From a virus, in the IMG/VR virus record IMGVR_UViG_3300000557_000001: a stretch of 52,548 nucleotides of DNA; one strand, written 5' to 3'. The first letter of the stretch is position 1, and every line of letters starts with the position of its first letter. A program made the position numbers and the translations under genes. Shown here piece after piece: positions 24,213 to 33,318 of this stretch. The notes under the pieces are model-generated. The model was not told the origin of the DNA and ran no database searches. It saw nothing but the letters and a program-made list of their open reading frames with translations.

Positions 24213-24289
24213 CCGAAAGGCCGCGGTTATGGCTGACGCCGCGGCCTCTGCAGCAGGTTTGCCACTGCTGCACTGATGAAGGCAGGCTG
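24212..24289 (+). ncRNA. Type II hammerhead ribozyme candidate C (predicted cleavage after 24248)
   Basis: GCC-GAA-[AGGCCGCGG..CCGCGGCCT]-C-[TGCAGCAG..CTGCTGCA]-CTGATGA-a-GGC; stem I loop TGCC can pair with GGCA at 24281-24284. Confidence 0.75.
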
Positions 24290-24316
24290 CAAAACAAAAA
24301 AAGGGAGTTGATTGCC

Positions 24317-24631
24317 ATGCGTTTTGAAGAAATTTTAGCGGACAAGGTTTTAATGAACCCTAACAGGTTAATCAGGCAGCAGGTTAAATATTGCCTGCCG
24401 AACGGCGCTGTTTTGGCCGTGCTTGATAAGCCAGAAGCGCAAGAGCTTGTTTTAAGCAAAAAGGCAAGCGTTGCAGGGGATGACAAGATCGTTGAGTTAG
24501 TTTGCCCGGATTGCGAAAATATGGGCATGGTATTTAAGGATGACGGAACGGAAGAATATTGCAGTTTATGCCGCTGGGGTGCAGAGCTTAAGGCGGAAGC
24601 TGCTGAATATGGAGGTGGCTGCAATGCGTAA
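24317..24631 (+). CDS. Hypothetical zinc-ribbon protein
   Basis: ATG 24317, 10 nt after GGGAG; CPDC...CSLC. Confidence 0.55.
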   Translation: MRFEEILADKVLMNPNRLIRQQVKYCLPNGAVLAVLDKPEAQELVLSKKASVAGDDKIVELVCPDCENMGMVFKDDGTEEYCSLCRWGAELKAEAAEYGGGCNA

Positions 24632-24821
24632 AACGAAAACAAAAGGCGCGCTTAACTGCGCCGATTGCGGCGTGGAAATGATCGGGGAAGCGGCAGCGCT
24701 GCTGCACGATCTGCAGCGCGAGCCGATCTTTACGGTTTACAATGCAAAGGGAACGATCTGGCGCTTGATCTGCAAGCGCTGCTTTTGGGAACTTACTAAC
24801 AAAACAGAAGGAGGATCTTAA
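24624..24821 (+). CDS. Hypothetical zinc-ribbon protein
   Basis: 65 aa from ATG 24624, 5 nt after GGAGGTGG; CADC...CKRC. Confidence 0.5.
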   Translation: MRKTKTKGALNCADCGVEMIGEAAALLHDLQREPIFTVYNAKGTIWRLICKRCFWELTNKTEGGS

Positions 24822-24822
24822 A

Positions 24823-25083
24823 ATGAGTGAAGTTTACGGTGCAGTTGTAGGAAACCGCGGCAAGGCAACGCGGCAGGGATCAAAAGAAAGCGGCATAAGG
24901 GCCGCCGCGCAAAGCTGGGAAGGCAGCGTTATAACGGAACTTTACCAGTGGCAAGGCGAAAAATGCGTGCGGATCACGATTAACGAAGGCAGCACAGATG
25001 AACATTATAGCGGAAATACGCTGTTTAATGGCACGTTGGCCGAACTGAAAGAGTTGGCCGCCGAAAAGGAACGGGAGGGTTAA
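24823..25083 (+). CDS. Hypothetical protein
   Basis: 86 aa; SD GAAGGAGGA. Confidence 0.6.
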   Translation: MSEVYGAVVGNRGKATRQGSKESGIRAAAQSWEGSVITELYQWQGEKCVRITINEGSTDEHYSGNTLFNGTLAELKELAAEKEREG

Positions 25084-25088
25084 GCGTT

Positions 25089-25334
25089 ATGACAGAGTTT
25101 ATTGCAGGGATGGATCAAGTTTTGCTGACGCGGTTGGCTGCACTGGCAGCCGCCGCGTTGGCCGGAGCATTGCTTGTTAAGTTTGTTGACAGTATAATGG
25201 GATCGGTATATGCGCGCAGGCGCGCAAGGCTGCGCCTTGTTGCAGCGTTACGGGCGCGCGGCATTATGCGACCCCGGCTGCAGCAGAATTATAAAAGACA
25301 TAAACGCCAAAAAGAAGGGTTTTGGCGGTTGTAA
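25089..25334 (+). CDS. Hypothetical membrane-associated protein with basic tail
   Basis: 81 aa; LAALAAAALAGALLV hydrophobic segment. Confidence 0.5.
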   Translation: MTEFIAGMDQVLLTRLAALAAAALAGALLVKFVDSIMGSVYARRRARLRLVAALRARGIMRPRLQQNYKRHKRQKEGFWRL

Positions 25335-25355
25335 AAGACAAAGGAGTTGGGTGGT

Positions 25356-25463
25356 ATGAACGAAGCAGCTTTTGATTTTTTTGTTAACTTTTGGTTGTTT
25401 GGCTTTATGTTATGGGTGCAAGGTGTTTGCATATATATTTTAAAAGTAAGAAGGGGTGAATAA
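25356..25463 (+). CDS. 35-aa hydrophobic micro-protein candidate (not in ORF track)
   Basis: ATG 9 nt after AAAGGAG; MNEAAFDFFVNFWLFGFMLWVQGVCIYILKVRRGE. Confidence 0.35.
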   Translation: MNEAAFDFFVNFWLFGFMLWVQGVCIYILKVRRGE

Positions 25464-25464
25464 C

Positions 25465-25953
25465 ATGGGCAAAAAAATGATATATTTCGCTTATGGCAGC
25501 AACTTAAACTTAAGGCAGATGAAGCAGCGCTGCCCGGACGCACGGCCGATCGGAGTGGCAAAGCTGCCCGGACACAGGCTGGTTTTCCGCGGCGTTGCTG
25601 ACGTGATACCTAACAGGCAGGGCGGATCGGTTATGGGTGTTATATGGGAAATAACGCCGCGCTGCTTAAAGGAGCTTGATCGTTATGAAGGTTATCCGCA
25701 TTTATACGGCCGGCGATACTGCACGGTGATCGGCGAAGATGACGGCATATTGCGCGAAGCGATCGTTTACTATATGAAGAAGGGCGATCTTGCGCCGCCG
25801 AGCCGCGGATACTGGAAGGTGATCATGGAAGGATATAATGACTTTTGCATGGTGCCACGGCGCGATCTGCTGGAACCGAATTATGGTTACGGGAACGCGC
25901 GGCTGGACTATGATTGCGAAAAGTATTATCAGAGCGTTTTGCATTGGTATTAA
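25465..25953 (+). CDS. Gamma-glutamylcyclotransferase-like (AIG2/GGCT fold) protein
   Basis: ATG 25465, 7 nt after GAAGGGGTG; FAYGSNLNLRQMKQRCP, LDRYEGYPHLY. Confidence 0.75.
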   Translation: MGKKMIYFAYGSNLNLRQMKQRCPDARPIGVAKLPGHRLVFRGVADVIPNRQGGSVMGVIWEITPRCLKELDRYEGYPHLYGRRYCTVIGEDDGILREAIVYYMKKGDLAPPSRGYWKVIMEGYNDFCMVPRRDLLEPNYGYGNARLDYDCEKYYQSVLHWY

Positions 25954-26043
25954 AGGGCTTTACAGGCAGCGCAAGCGGCCGCCGTTTGTGCTGCTAATAA
26001 AGCCGCTTTAAGTGGCTTTTAATAACTTTTGGGAGGTGGTTAT

Positions 26044-26301
26044 ATGGATAAACGGCCGGAAGTGCCGCTGCCGGATATGCTGGATACGCTTAAGGCGTTA
26101 AGGCTTTACCGGAAGCGATCACTGCGGCAGGCTGCAGAAGTGCTGGGCTTGAGCAGCAGTGGTTTGAGTTTGATCGAAAGTGGAGATCGGAGTTTATCGC
26201 TGCAACGTGCAGCGGACATGGCGGCGCTCTATGAAGTGGATCTGGATACCATATATAAGCTTTACAGGGCGACACGCAAACAAAAAAAGGAGGATGATTA
26301 A
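26044..26301 (+). CDS. XRE-family helix-turn-helix transcriptional regulator
   Basis: RSLRQAAEVLGLSSSGLSLIESGDRSLSL; ATG 26044 after GGGAGGTGG. Confidence 0.7.
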   Translation: MDKRPEVPLPDMLDTLKALRLYRKRSLRQAAEVLGLSSSGLSLIESGDRSLSLQRAADMAALYEVDLDTIYKLYRATRKQKKEDD

Positions 26302-26302
26302 A

Positions 26303-27388
26303 GTGGGTAAAAAGACATTGTTGCAAGTGGCGAATGAAGTGGAGCATGATCAGCGCGGAAAGATCGACTATGTTTTGCCGTTTAGGAACCTTTACATGGA
26401 TGATAACGGTGGATTTGCTTTTAAGCGCGTTAACGAAGTTCAGATACCTTATGCGCACGAAAGCACGGCGCGACAGGCAGATGTTAGGCTTGAGCCGAAC
26501 GACTGGGCCACGAGCCAGCTTTTAGGGCGGCTTAATATGCCGGCTGAATACTTTAAGCGCCTGTTAACACAAAGGGAAGCGGCGCCGTGGCTGTTTGCGA
26601 GCCATTTCAATTACTGGGCAAGCCGGACGAATAAGCATATAAGGTTAAGGGCAAAACTCTATAACGGCAACGGAACGGGCGTTGTGCGCGGCGCAGTTAG
26701 CGACAAATATAGCATATTGGATAATGATACCGTGATCAGCACTTTAGCCGGCATAATGCAAGGCAGGGAAGATGACTTTGAAATAGTTGACTTCCATTTA
26801 GACGATCGCAGGATGAACCTGCGCGTGGCTTATAACGATTTAGCCGTGCAGCTTGGGAACCTGCCGGGCGGCGAAGCTGACTGGAACAAGCTGGGCAGCG
26901 ACTTTGTGAATAGCGAAGTGGGTGCAAGTGCTTTTAACCTGCAGGCGTTGATCTGGCGCTTGATCTGCAGCAACGGCTTGCGTGGCTGGGATCAGCAGGG
27001 CGAAGCATTTACACAGCGGCATATTCACTTAAGGCCGATCGAGTTTCAAGGCCGGATTGCTGATGCTATAGTTAACAGCTTGCAGACCGGGCAGGACTTT
27101 TTGAACGCCTTTAAAAACACGCAGGAAAAGCAGATTAATGACCCGTTTGCTGTTATTAAAAAACTGGCAAACGATGGCAACTTTAGCCGGCAGTTTACGG
27201 ATCAGGCCGTTTCAGAGTGGGAAGGCCACGATACCGCTTATGGCGTTGTGAACGCCTTTACACGTGCAGCGCGCACGTTACCGAACGAGCGCCGGCTGGA
27301 AGCGGAAAGCTATGCTGGGCGGCTGACACGTTTGCCGGCCGAACAGTGGGATAAAATAAGCGAAGAAGCAATATTGGAAACAGCTTAA
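26303..27388 (+). CDS. DUF932/DUF945-like phage/plasmid protein
   Basis: GTG 26303, 9 nt after AAGGAGG; GAVSDKYSILDN.., LIWRLICSNGL. Confidence 0.7.
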   Translation: MGKKTLLQVANEVEHDQRGKIDYVLPFRNLYMDDNGGFAFKRVNEVQIPYAHESTARQADVRLEPNDWATSQLLGRLNMPAEYFKRLLTQREAAPWLFASHFNYWASRTNKHIRLRAKLYNGNGTGVVRGAVSDKYSILDNDTVISTLAGIMQGREDDFEIVDFHLDDRRMNLRVAYNDLAVQLGNLPGGEADWNKLGSDFVNSEVGASAFNLQALIWRLICSNGLRGWDQQGEAFTQRHIHLRPIEFQGRIADAIVNSLQTGQDFLNAFKNTQEKQINDPFAVIKKLANDGNFSRQFTDQAVSEWEGHDTAYGVVNAFTRAARTLPNERRLEAESYAGRLTRLPAEQWDKISEEAILETA

Positions 27389-27403
27389 AAAGGAGCGATC
27401 AGT

Positions 27404-29140
27404 ATGTATATATTAACAGCGGCGGAAGGTGGCGGCCTCGTTTACCGGGGCCGCTATAACCGCAACTTGATCAGCATAATAAAACAACTGCCGGGCCGAT
27501 CATATAATCCGGAAACTAAAGAATGGTTCCTGCCGGCAGAGCCGGAGGTTGTGGAAGCGCTGGAAAACAACGGCGTTGAAATAACGGCCGAAGCGCGCGA
27601 GCTTGTTAGGCAAAAAGTGGAAGCGCAGGAAATGATCGCGCAGGCGAAGGATCAGGCCCGGCCAGAACCAGCAAAGCCGATGCCGCTTAAGGGCCATATT
27701 GAACCTTTTGCGCATCAGATCAAGGGCTATAATATCAGCTTAATGCACAGCGCAGCCGGTTTATTGCATGAACAGGGCTGCGGCAAAACTATAACCGCGA
27801 TCGCAACGGCCGGGCGCCGTTACCTTGACGGTGAAGTTAAAAAGCTGTTAATCGTTGCGCCGTTAAGCGTGATCCCGGTTTGGAAAGCAGAGTTTGAAGA
27901 AGCCGCTGACTTTAACTTTGTGGCCGTTACGCTGCAGGGTGATAAAGCAAAACGGCAGCAAGCACTTGTTGATCTGCAGGAAGTGAATGGCGCACTGCAG
28001 GTTGCGCTTGTTAATTATGAAGGATACTGGCGGCCGGGGATCTTTGAAATGCTGCTTGGGTGGAACCCGGACATGGTTATAGCCGACGAAAGCCAGAGGA
28101 TCAAAAATCATACCGCAAAGCAGAGCAAGGGCTTGCATAAGATCAGCGACAAGGCCGGCTTTAGGATGATCCTGACTGGAACGCCGGTTACGGCGACGCC
28201 GCTGGACTTCTTTAGCCAATATAAGTTTCTTGATCCGGAAGTGTTTGGCAAAAGTTATTACTCCTTCCGGAACAGATATGCGATCATGGGTGGTTACGAA
28301 AATCGCGAAGTTGTGGGATACCGTAACAAGGATGAACTGGTTAGGAAGGCGCACAGTATAGCGCACAGAGTAACAAAAGAGGAAGCGCTTGATCTGCCGG
28401 AGTGGATCGATCAGGATCTTTATTGCGATCTTGAACCGAAGGCGCGCCGTTATTATAACGATATGTTAAAAACTAACATGGCAGAAATTGAAAACGAAAA
28501 ACAGCAGCGCGGCCGGCTGGTTGCGAGCAACGTATTAACAAGGCTGCTGCGCTTGCAGCAGATGGTCGGTGGTTTTGTGCCACGCGATCAGGATGAAGAT
28601 CAGGAATTTAACGCGGAAAGCGCTGAAATGATGCAAGTTAGCAGCGCAAAGCTTGATCTTTTAAAGGAAACGCTGGGCGATCTGCTGCACGCAGGACACA
28701 AAGTTGTTATATTCGCGCGCTTTGTGCCGGAAATTAAGGCCATTATGAAGCTGCTTGATGAAACAAAGTTTAACGGGCTGGGCCGGGCCGGATACCGTTA
28801 TATTTACGGCGCTGTTAAGCAAGAGGATCGCGGCGCTATGGTTGATCAGTTTCAGAACGACCCGGAGATCCGCGTATTTATTGCGCAGGTGCAGACAGCC
28901 GGGCTGGGGATCACGCTGCACGCGGCAGACACGGCCATATTTTACAGCGCTGACTTTAATTATGGCAATTATGATCAATGCAAGGCGCGCGTTCACAGGA
29001 TCGGGCAGCGCCGGCCGGTTAATTACTTGCATTTAATCGCGAAGGATACCGTGGACGAAAAAATATACCGGGCCATTAAACAGAAGCGCAGTTTGGCCGA
29101 CGACGTGGTTAATAATTGGAAACAATACTTTGCGAAATAA
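27404..29140 (+). CDS. SNF2-family DNA helicase/translocase
   Basis: 578 aa; HEQGCGKT (motif I), ADESQRIKN (DExx), LTGTP, QTAGLGITL, ARVHRIGQ. Confidence 0.9.
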   Translation: MYILTAAEGGGLVYRGRYNRNLISIIKQLPGRSYNPETKEWFLPAEPEVVEALENNGVEITAEARELVRQKVEAQEMIAQAKDQARPEPAKPMPLKGHIEPFAHQIKGYNISLMHSAAGLLHEQGCGKTITAIATAGRRYLDGEVKKLLIVAPLSVIPVWKAEFEEAADFNFVAVTLQGDKAKRQQALVDLQEVNGALQVALVNYEGYWRPGIFEMLLGWNPDMVIADESQRIKNHTAKQSKGLHKISDKAGFRMILTGTPVTATPLDFFSQYKFLDPEVFGKSYYSFRNRYAIMGGYENREVVGYRNKDELVRKAHSIAHRVTKEEALDLPEWIDQDLYCDLEPKARRYYNDMLKTNMAEIENEKQQRGRLVASNVLTRLLRLQQMVGGFVPRDQDEDQEFNAESAEMMQVSSAKLDLLKETLGDLLHAGHKVVIFARFVPEIKAIMKLLDETKFNGLGRAGYRYIYGAVKQEDRGAMVDQFQNDPEIRVFIAQVQTAGLGITLHAADTAIFYSADFNYGNYDQCKARVHRIGQRRPVNYLHLIAKDTVDEKIYRAIKQKRSLADDVVNNWKQYFAK

Positions 29141-29200
29141 TAGCTGCAAAGATGGAGGCCGGGTCTAACAGGGTATAATAAAGGACAACGTTGACCCGGC

Positions 29201-29229
29201 TTGCACTGTTTGCAGTTAGGTTGTATAAT
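29201..29229 (+). promoter_or_regulatory. Sigma70-type promoter candidate in the 270-nt gap after the helicase gene
   Basis: TTGCAC - 17 nt - TATAAT. Confidence 0.45.
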
Positions 29230-29410
29230 AACAAAACAGCGAGCAATAATTCGGGAGGTGATGTTAAAGCTGGATAAAGCTAAAAAATGGCGCCGTAAAG
29301 GCCGCCAGAACCGCTGACAGGTATAAACGCCTTTTAATAGACTTAAAACTTGACAGCGGCGCGATAAATAGCCTTTACAACTATTTTAAAGGAAGGAGGA
29401 ACGTGGTATA

Positions 29411-29821
29411 ATGGCAATGGACAGGATTTTTGAATTGGCTGACCGTTATAAGGAGCTAAAGGAAGAAAAGGACGCGTTGCAGGGCAAGCTTAAAGAGCTT
29501 AACAAGCAGCTTGAAAAAACGAACGATGAACTTACTGCTGAAATGGTTGATAATGAACTGCAAAACTTTCAGCGCGGCGATCGCACGTTTTACCTGCAAA
29601 CAAAACTCCACGCGCACGACCTTAAAGACAAGCGAGATCAGCTTTATGAAGTTTTAAGGAAGGAGGGATACGGCGATCTAATTAAGGAAACCGTGAACCC
29701 TAAGACCCTTGAAAGCTTTGTTAGGGAGCAGATCGAAGAAAACGAAGGCGACCTGCCAGAGTGGATCAGGGAGTATGTTAGTGTTTACGAAAAAGACGTT
29801 GTGGGCATGAGGAAAGCTTAA
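29411..29821 (+). CDS. Hypothetical coiled-coil protein of the replication/recombination module (weakly Gp157-like)
   Basis: 136 aa; N-terminal heptad-rich KELKEEKDALQGKLKELNKQLEK. Confidence 0.55.
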   Translation: MAMDRIFELADRYKELKEEKDALQGKLKELNKQLEKTNDELTAEMVDNELQNFQRGDRTFYLQTKLHAHDLKDKRDQLYEVLRKEGYGDLIKETVNPKTLESFVREQIEENEGDLPEWIREYVSVYEKDVVGMRKA

Positions 29822-29854
29822 AAAAACTAACATTATTAAGGAGGATTTTAAAGT

Positions 29855-30607
29855 ATGCCAGAACAGAAAAATGCGTTGGCAGTTGTAGAGGGTTTTGACG
29901 CGCCTGCACTGCTTGACAGTGCGGACGTTATGGAAGAAATGGATGGTTTACAATTTAGGTTTACGAATGTTAAGGTGCCGAGTGGCGGCGGCTTAACGTT
30001 TGAATTGCCGGGCGATGATGACGACGAACCAGAAATTGAAAAAGAACTGGAAGGCGTTATAGTGCATCATCACCCAGTTAACGTTTATTTTAAAGACAGC
30101 TATGACGGCACGAACGCGCCGCCTGATTGCGTTTCCTATGATGGAAAGTTTGGCGTTGGCGAGCCGGGCGGCCATTGCAAGACCTGCGAACTGAACGAAT
30201 GGGGAACCGGGCGCGATGGCGAAGGCAAGGCTTGCAGCAATAGGCGCCGTGTTTACCTGCTGCGGCAGGGCGAGATGTTTCCGCTGCTGGTTAGTTTGCC
30301 GCCGACTTCTTTAGGCAACTTTAGCGACCTGATTAGCAGGAAGATCCTGCAAAAAGGCAAAAGGAGCCATGAAGTTGTAGTTAAGGCAAAGCTTAAGAAG
30401 GTTACTTCTAACAGTGGCATTGAATACAGCCGGATAAGCTGGGCCGTTACCGGGCAGCTTGATCAAGAAGCCGCGCAAGCGATGAAACAATACGGCGAGA
30501 GCATTAAAGCTCTGGCCGGTGGCTTAACGGTTGATCAGGTTGAAGGTGAAGCCGATCATAGCAGCGAACCGAAATGGGAAACCGGCGACTTTCCAGAAGA
30601 TCTATAG
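29855..30607 (+). CDS. Hypothetical Cys-cluster protein of the replication module
   Basis: 250 aa; PPDCVSYDG..GGHCKTCELNEWG..GKACSNRRRVYLL. Confidence 0.6.
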   Translation: MPEQKNALAVVEGFDAPALLDSADVMEEMDGLQFRFTNVKVPSGGGLTFELPGDDDDEPEIEKELEGVIVHHHPVNVYFKDSYDGTNAPPDCVSYDGKFGVGEPGGHCKTCELNEWGTGRDGEGKACSNRRRVYLLRQGEMFPLLVSLPPTSLGNFSDLISRKILQKGKRSHEVVVKAKLKKVTSNSGIEYSRISWAVTGQLDQEAAQAMKQYGESIKALAGGLTVDQVEGEADHSSEPKWETGDFPEDL

Positions 30608-30657
30608 GTTGAACCAGCAGGGCGGCAGGCTGCAGCAAGTGGGCGGCCTGCCGCCTT

Positions 30658-30695
30658 ATTGAAGGAGGCTTAATATATTGAAGGAGGCTTAATAT
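30658..30695 (+). repeat. Perfect tandem duplication (2 x 19 nt) that duplicates the Shine-Dalgarno site of the primase gene
   Basis: ATTGAAGGAGGCTTAATAT at 30658-30676 and 30677-30695, then ATG 30696. Confidence 0.9.
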
Positions 30696-33311
30696 ATGGC
30701 GGACTATGACAGGCTTGTAAACTGGGAACAGTTTTACAAGGATCGCCTGCAAAACTGGGAAATGAACAACGGTGAAATAAAGGCGTTATGTCCGTTTCAC
30801 AGCGAAAAAGAGGGCAGCTTTACGGCAAAGCTGGACAATGGGCTTTGGAAGTGTTTTGGCTGCGACTTGGGTGGCAACGGGATAACCTTTTTACAAAAAA
30901 CGGAAGGCTTAAGCAAAGATGACGCCTTTAAGGTGCTGAATAAGTATGCTTCCGAAAATATACTTAAAAAACAGGAAGAACGGCGGAAATATACCGTTGA
31001 AGATTATGCGAACGCAAAAAAGCTTCCGACGCAGTTCTTGCAGGAGCTTGGTTTAAAGAATACAAAGCTGGGGATCACTATACCTTATATGGACGAAGCC
31101 GGATCCGTGTTAAGCACGCGGCGCAGGTTTGGCGATGCCGGCAGTGGGCCGAAGTTTACATGGAGCCGGGGAAGCAAGGTGATCCTTTATGGTTTATGGC
31201 GCCTGCCGGAAATACGCAAGCAGAAGCGCGTTTTTTTGGTTGAAGGCGAAAGTGATGCGCATACGCTCTGGCATCACGGCGAGCCGGCTTTAGGCGTGCC
31301 GGGTGCAAGCGTGTTTAAAAAGGAATGGATCAGTCAATGGCTGCAGGATCTTGAGCAGATTTACGTTGTGCAGGAACCGGATCAGGGCGGCAGCACTTTT
31401 ATTCAAAAAGTGGCCGAAGCTTGTTACCATGCCGATTATAGAGGCAAGGTGTTTGCGGTTGATCTGTTTGATGAACATAAAGATCCGAGCGAATTACACT
31501 GCGCAGACCCGGACAAGTTTGCTGAACGCTGGCAATCGGCCGTTACGAATGCGCGCGAGTTAAACGTTGCGGAGATCACTAATAAGAGCAGCGATACGCT
31601 TACAGACGCGCCGGTGCAGTTAAGGCAGCCGTCAGGCTGGCGCTTTACAGAAGATGGGATCGTTACCATTGACGATAATACCGGGCTGCAGGTTACTATC
31701 TGCAGGACGCCGATCTTAATACAGCGCCGGATCCGATCGTTGGAGGACGGGCAAGAAAAGGTTGAAATATGTTATCAGCGCGACGGTGAATGGCATAGCG
31801 AAATCGTGCCGCGATCAACGTTGTTTCAGGCCCGATCGCTGCCAATTCTTGCGGATTTAGGTATGACCATAACAAGCGAAAACGCGAAACCGCTTGTTAA
31901 GTTTTTTCAAGCGCTGGAACAGGAAAATTATGATCTGCTTGAAACTGCAAAAAGTATATCGCAGCTTGGGTGGCATGGCAACTTATTTTATCCCGGCAAT
32001 GCCGGCGATCTGCTGGTTGATGTTGAACCGGCCACGCGGCAATGGGTGGAAGCTTACTGCGAAGAAGGCACGTTGGATCAGTGGAAAGAGGTTGTGGGCG
32101 CAGAACGCGAAAAAAGCGATATATTGCGCCTTATGATCGCGGCCAGCTTTGCGGCGCCGCTGCTTGCAATAATTAGACATAGGAATATTATATTGCACAA
32201 CTGGGGAACCACGCGGATCGGCAAAACAGCCGCCTTAAAAGCGGCTTTAAGCGCTTGGGGCGACCCGGAGCAGTTAATGACTTCCTTTTATGCGACTAAA
32301 GTGGGCATGGAACGGATCGCAGGCTTTTTCCGGGATCTGCCGCTGGGCATTGACGAAAAACAGGTTGCAGGCAATGACGATTTTTTAAACAGGCTGCCTT
32401 ATATGCTGGGATCAGGGCAAGGCAAGGTTCGCGGCAGCAAGGGCGGCGGTTTACAGCAGACGCAGCACTGGCGCACGGTTGCAATTACAACGGGCGAAGA
32501 ACCGCTGGTTGTAGATAATGCGCAGGGCGGCCAATATACAAGGGTTGTGGAGGTTAAAGGCGCGCCGTTTGCAAGCGAAAAAGACGCGCAGCGTATGCAC
32601 GAACTTAACAGTTTCGGCCACGCCGGGCCGCTGTTTGTGCGCAAGGTTACAGAAGCAGGCACGGAAGCACTGCAGGATCGTTATACTTTTATGAAGGATC
32701 ATTTAGCAGATACACTGACACAGGCGCACGATTTAGTTCCCAGCCACGCGGCCGCGCTGGTTGTGTTTGCGTTTGCTGATATGCTGGTTAGCGAATACGT
32801 GTTTCAAGAAGATCCAGAAGTGGCCGAAGCGGAAGCGGTGAACTTTGCACTGCGCAGCGCTGAAATGATGGTTAAGCAATCGGAAGCAAGTTTGGCCGAG
32901 CGTGCTTACCATAGGATCGAGAGTTGGATTAATGCGAACGCCTTGCGGTTTGAAGATGAAGAAATTACTCCGCGTTATGGATGGCGTGAAGGCAATATTT
33001 ATTATATACTGCCGCACGAACTCCGCAACTTCCTCAAGCGCGAAGAAATGCCGCTGGAAAGCACAGTTATCGCAGCATTGGCAGAAGCCGGTTATTTAAT
33101 TACAGGGCAAAAGGAAGCAAACAGCCGGGGCCGCAAGCAGATCGTTAAACGGATTGACGGCGGAACGAAGCGTGTTTACGCGTTGCGTCTTAAGCGCGTT
33201 GATGAAGATAAAATAGACGCTGAAACCGATTATTATCCGCCGCCTGCAGCAAGGGATCCAGAACCGGCGCCGGAGCCAGAACAGCAGGAACGCTGGTATG
33301 ATCAGGATTAG
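30696..33311 (+). CDS. DNA primase-helicase (CHC2 zinc finger, TOPRIM, DUF927/D5-like P-loop helicase)
   Basis: 871 aa; CPFHSEKEGSF..CFGC; VFLVEGESDAHTLW; NWGTTRIGKTAALKA. Confidence 0.85.
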   Translation: MADYDRLVNWEQFYKDRLQNWEMNNGEIKALCPFHSEKEGSFTAKLDNGLWKCFGCDLGGNGITFLQKTEGLSKDDAFKVLNKYASENILKKQEERRKYTVEDYANAKKLPTQFLQELGLKNTKLGITIPYMDEAGSVLSTRRRFGDAGSGPKFTWSRGSKVILYGLWRLPEIRKQKRVFLVEGESDAHTLWHHGEPALGVPGASVFKKEWISQWLQDLEQIYVVQEPDQGGSTFIQKVAEACYHADYRGKVFAVDLFDEHKDPSELHCADPDKFAERWQSAVTNARELNVAEITNKSSDTLTDAPVQLRQPSGWRFTEDGIVTIDDNTGLQVTICRTPILIQRRIRSLEDGQEKVEICYQRDGEWHSEIVPRSTLFQARSLPILADLGMTITSENAKPLVKFFQALEQENYDLLETAKSISQLGWHGNLFYPGNAGDLLVDVEPATRQWVEAYCEEGTLDQWKEVVGAEREKSDILRLMIAASFAAPLLAIIRHRNIILHNWGTTRIGKTAALKAALSAWGDPEQLMTSFYATKVGMERIAGFFRDLPLGIDEKQVAGNDDFLNRLPYMLGSGQGKVRGSKGGGLQQTQHWRTVAITTGEEPLVVDNAQGGQYTRVVEVKGAPFASEKDAQRMHELNSFGHAGPLFVRKVTEAGTEALQDRYTFMKDHLADTLTQAHDLVPSHAAALVVFAFADMLVSEYVFQEDPEVAEAEAVNFALRSAEMMVKQSEASLAERAYHRIESWINANALRFEDEEITPRYGWREGNIYYILPHELRNFLKREEMPLESTVIAALAEAGYLITGQKEANSRGRKQIVKRIDGGTKRVYALRLKRVDEDKIDAETDYYPPPAARDPEPAPEPEQQERWYDQD

Positions 33312-33318
33312 CGGCGCA

